Shown here: positions 30,771-39,341 of the stretch, one piece after another
Layout: the number at the start of each line of letters is the position of its first letter
Position numbering within the stretch: the first letter of the stretch is position 1
Source of the DNA: a virus
Taxonomy: Duplodnaviria; Caudoviricetes
Virus record (IMG/VR): IMGVR_UViG_3300021387_000087
DNA length: 64,000 nt
Reading direction: 5' to 3' (one strand)
The notes under the pieces: generated by a model
Database searches by the model: none
What the model was told of the DNA's origin: nothing
Seen by the model: the letters and a program-made list of their open reading frames with translations, nothing else
Translations under genes and position numbers: made by a program

Positions 30771-30921
30771 AAATAAAATCTCCTTTTAATTATATATTCT
30801 TTATTCATCCATCTAATCATTATCACATCTTTACAGGGATAAAAACGTGGTTTGATATACCACAATAGCCTGTCAAGTTCTTTACAAATATCTTTCATAT
30901 TATCACCTCACAACTATATAT

Positions 30922-30949
30922 AGTATATCAAACCACACAAAAATGTCAA
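30922..30949 (-). promoter_or_regulatory. Sigma-A-type promoter upstream of the ETNSSS/radical SAM operon
   Basis: TTGACA-16 nt-TATACT with extended -10 TG. Confidence 0.65.
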
Positions 30950-30952
30950 TAT

Positions 30953-31333
30953 TTAATTATCACTTTCTACAACTTTCTTTTTCTTTCCCGATCTTTTCAG
31001 TTTAATCTCTTCTTGACGAGCAGCTTCTTCAATGGCTCTCATATCACGATTAAGACGTCCAAACACACGAGCATACCTTCTATGCTCATTAGGATCTTTA
31101 TATGTTTTCTCTTCACGTCTTGCACGCTCTGTCGCCCATTCACGACTATCTTTCTCAAAAGGGTTTTTCTGATAAGAATAAGTCTTACCGTCTTCTTTAC
31201 GTTTCGCAAATTTTGCCATACGCTTCTCATGACGCTTCTGTTTAATTGCTTTATTAATTGCACGCTGACCACGGGACTTATAACCTTTGCACCACTCATT
31301 ATGTTTCTTATTAGGTTTACTCATCTTTATCAC
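30953..31333 (-). CDS. Lys/Arg-rich hypothetical protein
   Basis: 126 aa, very basic, GAGG RBS. Confidence 0.55.
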   Translation of the reverse strand: MIKMSKPNKKHNEWCKGYKSRGQRAINKAIKQKRHEKRMAKFAKRKEDGKTYSYQKNPFEKDSREWATERARREEKTYKDPNEHRRYARVFGRLNRDMRAIEEAARQEEIKLKRSGKKKKVVESDN

Positions 31334-32261
31334 CTCTCATATCAACAATAGGAGTAGACCCGCCCTGAATCTGAGGTACAGTTCCATTCCACTTTTCAAT
31401 TTTTTTACTTTCAATTAGTTCAGATGTCAGTGAACCCGCAACCTTCTTATTTGCTTCAGCTTCAGCTTCAGCAGCAATTCTTTTGGCTTCCGCTTCACCC
31501 TCAGCCTTAATCTTTGCCTTTTCAGCATTAATTACAGCAGTTTCTTTATCCTTTTCAGCCTGAATAAGAGCAACTTCTTTTTCTTTTTCAGCTTCTACAG
31601 ATGCAGTCTGCTTATTAATTTTAGCTACCTCAAGTTCCTGTTGAGCCTGAATCTTTTTCTGAATTGCTTTGTCGGTTTCCTTATCTACATTAACATCAAT
31701 TAGAGACGCACTTTCAATAATAATTCCATAAGGTTCAAACTTCTGCTGAAGATATTCAGTAAGAGCAATATTAACCGCTCCACGCTGTTCACCAATAATT
31801 TCTGTCATATAATATCTAGGAGTCACTTCTTTAGTCCAAGACATTACATTAGGTCTAATAAATGTACGGAGAACATCTTTACCAGAACGTCCTTTGAACC
31901 TTGTAAAAATCTCAGCAACTCGCTCTGGATCATATCTATAAGTAAATGTCTCATCAACCCTCAGACCCTTGCCATCCTTCGAAGGAGCCTCAAAACTATC
32001 ATCACCCTCAGAATCTCCATCGTCTCCAGCAGTAAGATAAGACTGCTCAATACCGATAGAATAAAGAGTAATTTTCTTAGTAGGTGAAACAATGTGCCAA
32101 CCCTGAGAAAGAGTCTTATCATCAATCCCACCATTCATCTTGTACACAACACCTACATAACCCGCAGGAATCCGCTCTGTACATTTAAAACCACAAATAA
32201 TAACAATAGCAATTACAATTGCTGTAAAAATACCACCAATAGCACCTTTCATCTCTTTCAC
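31317..32261 (-). CDS. SPFH/prohibitin (band 7) membrane protein
   Basis: N-terminal TM, IPAGYVGVV, AEGEAEA coiled coil, KWNGTVP. Confidence 0.88.
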   Translation of the reverse strand: MKEMKGAIGGIFTAIVIAIVIICGFKCTERIPAGYVGVVYKMNGGIDDKTLSQGWHIVSPTKKITLYSIGIEQSYLTAGDDGDSEGDDSFEAPSKDGKGLRVDETFTYRYDPERVAEIFTRFKGRSGKDVLRTFIRPNVMSWTKEVTPRYYMTEIIGEQRGAVNIALTEYLQQKFEPYGIIIESASLIDVNVDKETDKAIQKKIQAQQELEVAKINKQTASVEAEKEKEVALIQAEKDKETAVINAEKAKIKAEGEAEAKRIAAEAEAEANKKVAGSLTSELIESKKIEKWNGTVPQIQGGSTPIVDMRGDKDE

Positions 32262-32675
32262 TCCTTTTTATCCAAACTTCTTTTAATATCATTCCACATA
32301 TCTAAAAGCACATCTCCAATAATTGGGAAGAAAATATTTAATGCTCCCCAGAGAAAGATAGCAAATAGAATCACCAAAAATACAAATACTGGACTCATTC
32401 TAGATTTCCTTTACTCATTTTATTCCAATCTTCCAATAACTCACCGCTCAAGTCATATATATAAAAGAATCTTGACCATGACCCAAAATCCTGAATAATC
32501 ATTGGATTCCCATTTTTATCTTTATCAAAAATCCAATTATAATAATAAGATTTAAAATTGATTTCTTTTAAATATTGATTCTCTAGTTCAATCAATTCTT
32601 TAGATGTATCAGCCTCACCATAATAGTCCAGTGTCTGGTCTCTCGTATTATATGCATTTCTTCCTATATATAACT

Positions 32676-33170
32676 TCATTTAATCCTTAGCCCCCTTGTC
32701 TGAACCAGATGTGCCACACCATCAAGAGCAACGCCAGCTTTAAGGTCTTCCTTTAATAGCTTCTTGTCAACCGTAGGGTCAGCTGGTTTCAAATACTTCT
32801 TAGGAATTTTATCAATATCAACATCTACCACAACACTCGCAGGATTATTCTGAATATTGAAAGAGAAGAGTGGTGTCTTAATTTTTGTCTTACCCATCAA
32901 TTCCATGGCTCCTTGAAGAGATTTCTTCATACGGTCAGCTTTATGTTTAAAAACCTTTCCTTTTTCTGCAAATCGTTTAGATTCAGTATCACAAGCTTCA
33001 GCATCGTGTTCAAGCTGTCTAATTAATTTTGCATAACCATCTGCTTTATCCTCAATAGCACCATCAAGTCCCTCAAGTGTATCTATAAAAACTTCCTCTT
33101 CGATATCTGGGTCTTCAGCCATTTCCATAAGCATCAGCCAGTCATTTGTAAGTTCGTACAATGTAGCCAT
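32676..33170 (-). CDS. Siphovirus Gp157-family protein
   Basis: MATLYEL...DTLE...KIKTPLFSFNIQNNP. Confidence 0.85.
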   Translation of the reverse strand: MATLYELTNDWLMLMEMAEDPDIEEEVFIDTLEGLDGAIEDKADGYAKLIRQLEHDAEACDTESKRFAEKGKVFKHKADRMKKSLQGAMELMGKTKIKTPLFSFNIQNNPASVVVDVDIDKIPKKYLKPADPTVDKKLLKEDLKAGVALDGVAHLVQTRGLRIK

Positions 33171-33786
33171 TAAACATCACCTTCTTTCAATGTAGCTTCG
33201 TCTGCAATCTCTTTTACCTTAGGATCAAGATAAATATATACTTCCTTTTCAAGTTCAGATACTATTTCATCTAGATTGAAGAGTTTAAAACCATACACCA
33301 GATTAGCGACAAAAAGTACGAATATCATAATAACCTTAATAATCATTTTAATCTCCTTATTCAATAATAATATGTTTATCTGGATGTTCCATTATATCTT
33401 TAATTATATCTTCTTGACGAATACGAGTACAATCATATATCTTCAGCCAAGTGACAGTTTCTTTAAACTTTGTTTTCGCCTTACGCCGATTCGGTGCCAG
33501 TACATAATAGACTGGTTTATTTTCATTGTTTGGTCTGTAATCGGCTGTAATTGCAAAGAGGCATTGGTCTTCATATTTAGCCATTTCCCGTATTATCCTT
33601 TAAACTATCCAATATTCTTCTCCGCATTCAGGACATATGACAGTTAAACCAACTGTCTCATCGGTTATCATATCTCTTACTCTTCTAACATCATTTACCG
33701 TATAAATAAAAACAAGACCGCAGTTTTTGCATTTCTTTTTGTGATTTTTAATTTTAATATCTATCATAATTTTAATATCTGTCATT

Positions 33787-34404
33787 TTATACCTCTTCAT
33801 TAATAATATTCATCTGACAAGACTTCATTGTCATCAATGCTACTCTATGAAGTTCTGGGGTGGTACCTGCGCAACACGATGCATCAATAGTGATTTCTGC
33901 TTCGGGGAATGCCTGACGAAGTGCAAAAGCATTAGAGACTACACAAATATCAGTGCAAACGCCTATCAGCTCAAATTCAAGGTCTTCTCCTTTATAATCC
34001 AAAGGAACATACATATCCAAAAATGAATTCAAAAGATCAACCACTGTTCTCCAAACATTACCCTCAATTGCGAAATTTCCTTTAACAATAGTATTGTATC
34101 CTTCTTTTCCTTTAATCCACGGATGTCGTCCAGTCGCATGAACAGTATCTAGAATATCTTTCACAATATCCAACCCTCTATTACTTTGACAATGCGGAAC
34201 TGGTAAATAACGTCCTTCTCTTGTTTGCGGATAATCATCTTCATCATGCATATCCATCGTAAAAATTAAACGGTCATAATCTTTAACCTTAATCTTCTCA
34301 ACGACCTTTGGTACAATTGCCTGTGCTTCTGGAGTACCAAGAACGCCACTGATGAAATCATTTTGCATATCAATTACCATTAGAATTTTCTTTCTTTTGT
34401 TCAC
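33787..34404 (-). CDS. Isochorismatase-family cysteine hydrolase, nicotinamidase (PncA)-like
   Basis: IDMQNDF, DMH, PHC, GVCTDICV; overlaps the end of cas12f. Confidence 0.82.
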   Translation of the reverse strand: MNKRKKILMVIDMQNDFISGVLGTPEAQAIVPKVVEKIKVKDYDRLIFTMDMHDEDDYPQTREGRYLPVPHCQSNRGLDIVKDILDTVHATGRHPWIKGKEGYNTIVKGNFAIEGNVWRTVVDLLNSFLDMYVPLDYKGEDLEFELIGVCTDICVVSNAFALRQAFPEAEITIDASCCAGTTPELHRVALMTMKSCQMNIINEEV

Positions 34405-35767
34405 TTTTCTTTTTACTCCCTTCGTCTTCTTTAATAAAATTTTGTGACATCGCTATATTTCTAGCAGCATTAAAATCTGCATTAATATATTTTTGATTGC
34501 TATAAATTTTATGACAGATACACTCTGGATTGGTACAAATAAACTCTTTTTGCGTTTTCCGAAGTCCCCTTTCACCACAGACAGAACATGTCTGGGACGT
34601 GTATTTTGGATTAATCTTTCTCACTTCAATCCCGTGTATAGCAGCCTTATACTTAATCTTTTCTTGTAAATCATAATAAGACCAATTCCGCAGAATCATT
34701 TTTGAATGTTCATCATCTTTTACATGACCATATTTATCACGACCAAAGCCCGACAAATCTTCTATATTAATATATTTTGCTCCATTCTTGACTGCAAAAT
34801 CTACTACTCTGCGACTAACCATATGAGAATATGTTTGGACAAAATTTTTCTCCCGCTTTTTCAAACGATCTAATGCACGAAGTTTTTTCTGTCTACCATG
34901 ACCGCCTTTACTATCTTTCAATGCATGCTGTAAACGTCTTCTTTCATTCTGTATCTGAGTTCTAATTCGTAAGAACTCATCTGCGCTTCCAATAGCCAAA
35001 CGTTTATAGTAGTCATTATTTAATGCGCACATTGCAGGAACCGCTTGCCCCAAGTCTACGCCTAATACGACATCTTCATTCAAAGCAGTTTCAACTTTTG
35101 GCACTTCTAATGTAAGATTGATAATAATCTTTGTTCCTTTGATTTCTATTGTGCTACCACCAACTTTATATTCTTCTGTAAAAATTCGTTTAAAAACTTC
35201 CCGCTGTTCTTTACTACGATAAGGATTCCCAAATCGAAACTTAAAAGTAATATTGTTACAAAACTTAATAAGAACTTCTGGCTTCATATCATTTTCCAAA
35301 GCTTCAAAAAGTTTTGCTGGAGTTTCATAATTATGATAGATACCATTATCATCTTTTTTAGTGCCACGAAGTGCAACAAAATTTACATGTACAATTAAAG
35401 GATTGTTGCTTCTGTAAGTTGGTAATGAGATACGCCCATACATCAAACCCTTTTTACAAGCATTATCAAAATCTTGCTTAACTTTTCTACTTGCAGAAGC
35501 TGCAATTGGTAGACCCACAGGAAATTTTATATCTTTTGTATATCCACTGCCCTTTTTACTATTGGTAACTCTCTGAAACAAATTATTTAATTCTTTTCTA
35601 TCTTCCAATGACATTTCATAAGACTTTGCCATAAATAAATGAGATATATATTCATTCATAGCTTTATTTTGTGCTTCAATGCCCTGTTTTAACCATGTAT
35701 ATACTCTATTAATTTCTTCTTTATCTCCAACTACTTGAAGTTCATATTTTCTTGTTAAATTTGGCAT
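34370..35767 (-). CDS. cas12f: Cas12f-family (type V-F, C2c10-like) RNA-guided nuclease, 465 aa
   Basis: RuvC-I GVDLG, RuvC-II IEDLS, CSVC zinc finger, RuvC-III NADFNAARNIA; GRISLPTYR, GGHGRQKKL and LRNWSYYDLQ segments recall Cn/AsCas12f1; 36 bp from a CRISPR array. Confidence 0.88.
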   Translation of the reverse strand: MPNLTRKYELQVVGDKEEINRVYTWLKQGIEAQNKAMNEYISHLFMAKSYEMSLEDRKELNNLFQRVTNSKKGSGYTKDIKFPVGLPIAASASRKVKQDFDNACKKGLMYGRISLPTYRSNNPLIVHVNFVALRGTKKDDNGIYHNYETPAKLFEALENDMKPEVLIKFCNNITFKFRFGNPYRSKEQREVFKRIFTEEYKVGGSTIEIKGTKIIINLTLEVPKVETALNEDVVLGVDLGQAVPAMCALNNDYYKRLAIGSADEFLRIRTQIQNERRRLQHALKDSKGGHGRQKKLRALDRLKKREKNFVQTYSHMVSRRVVDFAVKNGAKYINIEDLSGFGRDKYGHVKDDEHSKMILRNWSYYDLQEKIKYKAAIHGIEVRKINPKYTSQTCSVCGERGLRKTQKEFICTNPECICHKIYSNQKYINADFNAARNIAMSQNFIKEDEGSKKKSEQKKENSNGN

Positions 35768-35803
35768 TATTAATTCCTTTTACTTTTATTTATACCCGTA
35801 TAT

Positions 35804-36163
35804 ACTTCAATTCATACCATATATAAATTAAATCAATTTGATCCGGGATGATTCCATTGTAGACTATGCTTCAATTCACACCTATGTACAAATTGAATCC
35901 TTTTACATAATAAAAGGGACAGCCCACAACCACGCTTCAATTCATATTTGTATACAAATTAAGTCATCGTCCAACCATAACGCGAATCATGGTCAATCTG
36001 CTTCAATTCACGTCTACGTACAAATTGAATCCTGCCTGATCCACCATCAGAGCATACTTTTCCCATACTTCAATTCATACCTGCCTACAAATTGAATCAT
36101 AGAGAACAAATTTGCCTGACAAGGATGGTAAGCTTCAATTCATACCTACGCACAAATTGAATC
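35804..36163 (-). CRISPR. CRISPR array: 6 repeats (31-32 bp), 5 spacers (33, 34, 34, 35, 33 bp)
   Basis: Repeats at 35804-35834, 35868-35899, 35934-35965, 36000-36031, 36067-36098, 36132-36163; plus-strand consensus RCTTCAATTCAYRYYTRYVYACAAATTGAATC; the most degenerate copy is next to cas12f, which suggests minus orientation. Confidence 0.92.
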
Positions 36164-36345
36164 GGCAAATATCAACTATAACCCCTTATATATACGACTT
36201 TTTTTATTCAATTTGTATGTATGATGATTTATTGAGTGGATCAACTCCCTCAACTTTCGGACGTGAAGCCGCCCGTAATACTTTAATAGTATTAATTTAT
36301 GGTGCGAACATACTTAATATTCTCTGTTCACTTTATGTTCGCACT
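36164..36345 (-). ncRNA. Leader/tracrRNA-like region with anti-repeat and hairpin
   Basis: Inverted partial repeat ATTCAATTTGTATGTATGATGATTTATTGAGT starting at 36206; 11-bp hairpin GTGCGAACATA/TATGTTCGCAC at 36302-36344. Confidence 0.65.
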
Positions 36346-36889
36346 GTTTTTTTTATTCTTTATTCCCCATAATCTCATTCCAAATTTCTACATACTCATC
36401 ACCAAGCTGATGACAGAACTGACTTAATATATATTCTTCTTTAATATATCTGCTTTCCCAACGCTTTAAGTTTTCTAACCAATTAGTTAAAGAATCAGTA
36501 GAATTAACCCCTAACATATAGTTATTAACACCATACTGGAAAGTCTTATAAGCAGATTCATAACAACACTTCACGCTAAGCAAATCGTAGCACTTGCTTT
36601 TAATAAACTCTTTAAGTCTTTCTTCGCTAATCATTTAATTACCGCATGCCTTTCTTCTTTTTATAAAGCCGATTAAGTTCCTGCTCGTACATCTTTCTTT
36701 CAATCGGAGATTTACTGTACTTAATACGTTTTTTTAAATCAGATACTGAATATTCGATATCAGGTGGTTTGAGCGCTTCCATAATGTCCTTAAGTTTTGT
36801 ATTAGTATCTATCAGTGTCTGAATCAAGTTTCTCATTTCGGCTTCCATGTTGTTAATACCTCGTGTTTAATTATCAATTGTCAAAAACT

Positions 36890-36917
36890 ATTATAGCGAA
36901 CTTTAGTGTAAAGTCAA
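36890..36917 (-). promoter_or_regulatory. Sigma-A-type promoter upstream of two small ORFs and the CRISPR-cas12f locus
   Basis: TTGACT-16 nt-TATAAT. Confidence 0.6.
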
Positions 36918-37246
36918 GAGGTTTTTACTCTTCTTCATCGTCTTCGTCCAACTCGTCATCTTCAATATATGCAGGATATTCTTTATTAGTTGCTACTACA
37001 TCATCTTCGCCTTCTTTGTTCTTGCGAACCCTAAAAATAACAGAAGAGGGATCACTATCAAAAACCAACAAATCCAATGCGTTTATATCTTTTTTAGGCG
37101 GTTTACCAGTACGGAAGGGGTACAAAGCGCACCCCTTTACTGTACAATTTTTTGAATTAGAAGGACTCAGTGAACATTGTCTACATCTTGCAATAGCAGC
37201 TAGTCTCCAAGTTAATTTTCTAAAAGGTTTCTTTTCATCTGCCATA

Positions 37247-37783
37247 TTAGTCCCAATCCTCCGGCCATTCTTTACCTTCTAATTTATACACTGTCTTCCA
37301 ATAATCTCTAGTTGGCTCTAATGTCTGGAAACAATAAGGCACTTCTTCTGATTCTTCAGGCATCTTGAACTCTCCGTCAGGAATAATCAAACGCCACACA
37401 TATTCTGGTTTTTCAGCATATCCATTAATATACTGAAGATGCTTATCCACACGCAAATCTGCACCATCGCTAAACATTCCTTTAAGAATCATACCGTCTT
37501 CTAACTTTAACTGACCTGAAGCAATCTGACGAGCAATTTTTTCAAATAGAAAACTATAAGCATCTGGAGCATCAATTACAATTTGCAATTCATATGACCC
37601 ATATTTATCTAAACCATGAGTGTGAGCATCACACATACCATTAATAAATTCTCTCTTTTTAGACATCTGCTTTTTAGTTTTCGGATCATAATCAGTTACC
37701 CAATGCACAGTATAATCTACTTTCTTCAACTTATTACTCATACTTATTCCTCCGATCATTAATCTCCATAATCTTACTAGCAA
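37247..37783 (-). CDS. Hypothetical protein (DAHTHGL motif)
   Basis: ORF; likely start MSNKLKK after GGAGG. Confidence 0.55.
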   Translation of the reverse strand: MLVRLWRLMIGGISMSNKLKKVDYTVHWVTDYDPKTKKQMSKKREFINGMCDAHTHGLDKYGSYELQIVIDAPDAYSFLFEKIARQIASGQLKLEDGMILKGMFSDGADLRVDKHLQYINGYAEKPEYVWRLIIPDGEFKMPEESEEVPYCFQTLEPTRDYWKTVYKLEGKEWPEDWD

Positions 37784-37976
37784 TATTTAATCTGAACCCC
37801 GCAAAGGGTGGAAGAGTAGTGCCATAGTAATCCTGCATAAATGTCATAGGATTCGCATGCCACCTCTTAATCATCTCTTCCTTGCTTTGCTCCAATACAT
37901 ATTCTTTTTTAAATATAGACAAAAAGAAATATTTAATCCTGTTAATCAATCTTTTCCTGTAACATTCAACATTCAT
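37734..37976 (-). CDS. Small protein resembling the terminase N-terminal segment
   Basis: RWHANPMTFMQDYYGTTLPPF versus terL YYRANPQRFVKDVLQFKTIRLRWF. Confidence 0.4.
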   Translation of the reverse strand: MNVECYRKRLINRIKYFFLSIFKKEYVLEQSKEEMIKRWHANPMTFMQDYYGTTLPPFAGFRLNIASKIMEINDRRNKYE

Positions 37977-37985
37977 TGTAACAAA

Positions 37986-39341
37986 TTAACTCCATTTAAT
38001 TTTAACATTATTTTTCTTGCATGCTTCCAACACTTTAGACCATTCATACTTTTTAAAAGTAGTAAGTACTCTAATAACGCCAGCATTATCACCCCAAGCA
38101 CCCTTTCCAATTTCTTTTGCAAGAACATCAAGACTAACTTTCTTTCTGCGATTAACTTCATCAACGGCACCCTGACCCATTTGTCGATAATCTCCAAGCG
38201 CTTTAGCACGAGCGTCACCAGACCCAAAATATCCATTGATAATCGCGGCTGCAAAAGCATATTTCAAAGCCGTCTTATCTTTATTTAAAATATTAACTCG
38301 GTTCTGAATCGCTTTAGCATTATTGGCACCAAACAAAGCGGTAAGAGTATTACTGCGCTGAGGGTCTTTACCATAAGCACCAGCAAACACCTTGCATGCG
38401 TATGCCGTAGTTTGGATCAAATTAAGCTGCTTATTAATAGCCTTATACTTAATCCACTTAATCTTAGTAAGACTCTTTTCTGCATAAATAGAAGCATAAC
38501 CTTCATCATAAATATCACATGTAATATTTCCATACAAATAATTTCCAAGCACTCGGCAACCAGCTGTATTAAATCTATTAATAACCATTGTGCGCCCAGA
38601 ACTTTTATAACTGCTATGATAATCCAACAGACCATACTTAGCGCCCATAGCTTTACAAAACGCTAAACTGCTTGCATCCTGATCTCCATGCCACTGTACA
38701 TGTACAAAATCAGGCTTTAGCGGATTCTTTCCATATCGTTCAATAAACTGATTATTCGCTTCTTTTGCGTTATCACCACCACCATAATAAGTCCATGTGC
38801 GACCATGAATATCTGTCAGAGTAAACAACGTACCAAGAGATGTATTATTTACATAATGATGCGAATCTACTTCTTTCAGCTTCTTATAATTAGACCTAAA
38901 AATTACATTGCATTTAATATTGCCAACTTTGAAACCATCACCTTCTGTAATATAATGAACATTCTCTTCACCACATTCTGTGATACACTGCTTGCGAATT
39001 TTATCTATATAATTCGCACGACCTTTAAGAGAAGAGTGATACAAAAATGGCTCTTTAGATGGAAGATAAAAAGATTTTACTTTAAACGCCTTTGTATATC
39101 TTGTTGTATCCCCCATATGGTCTTCATGTGGATGTGTAAATACAACAGCATCAACTTCTCCAGATTTAATAATAGATTGATACGCTTTTAGTGCATCACA
39201 ATCCGCACTACCAGTATCAATAATTACACAATGTGCAACATTACCTTTATCATCATATTCAATAATTGCAGTACTACTTCCCGACTCTTCAGAATGATAC
39301 TTAAAAAGTGACGGTTGAAAAATACAAAATCTCTTACTCAT
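37986..39341 (-). CDS. Metallo-beta-lactamase-fold hydrolase (ComEC/Pce-like) with C-terminal CW_7-like repeats
   Basis: IIDTG, THPHEDHMG, NNTS, GGD, WHG; GAYG/GYFG/GAWG repeats. Confidence 0.75.
   Translation of the reverse strand: MSKRFCIFQPSLFKYHSEESGSSTAIIEYDDKGNVAHCVIIDTGSADCDALKAYQSIIKSGEVDAVVFTHPHEDHMGDTTRYTKAFKVKSFYLPSKEPFLYHSSLKGRANYIDKIRKQCITECGEENVHYITEGDGFKVGNIKCNVIFRSNYKKLKEVDSHHYVNNTSLGTLFTLTDIHGRTWTYYGGGDNAKEANNQFIERYGKNPLKPDFVHVQWHGDQDASSLAFCKAMGAKYGLLDYHSSYKSSGRTMVINRFNTAGCRVLGNYLYGNITCDIYDEGYASIYAEKSLTKIKWIKYKAINKQLNLIQTTAYACKVFAGAYGKDPQRSNTLTALFGANNAKAIQNRVNILNKDKTALKYAFAAAIINGYFGSGDARAKALGDYRQMGQGAVDEVNRRKKVSLDVLAKEIGKGAWGDNAGVIRVLTTFKKYEWSKVLEACKKNNVKIKWS

Noticed and set aside
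34370-35767. IS200/IS605 or IS607 TnpB transposon
   Set aside because: No TnpA or serine recombinase nearby, no room for an omega-RNA/right end (the next gene overlaps the stop), and a regular repeat-spacer array is adjacent.
34370-35767. Nuclease-dead Cas12f/TldR-type regulator
   Set aside because: All three RuvC acidic residues are present and no sigma factor gene is adjacent; activity is still untested.
35835-36131. Self-targeting spacers
   Set aside because: I saw no match to the five spacers elsewhere in the window by eye; an alignment is needed to exclude it.
35838-36372. Plus-strand ORFs 35838..36095 and 36112..36372
   Set aside because: They are translations of the CRISPR repeats and leader.
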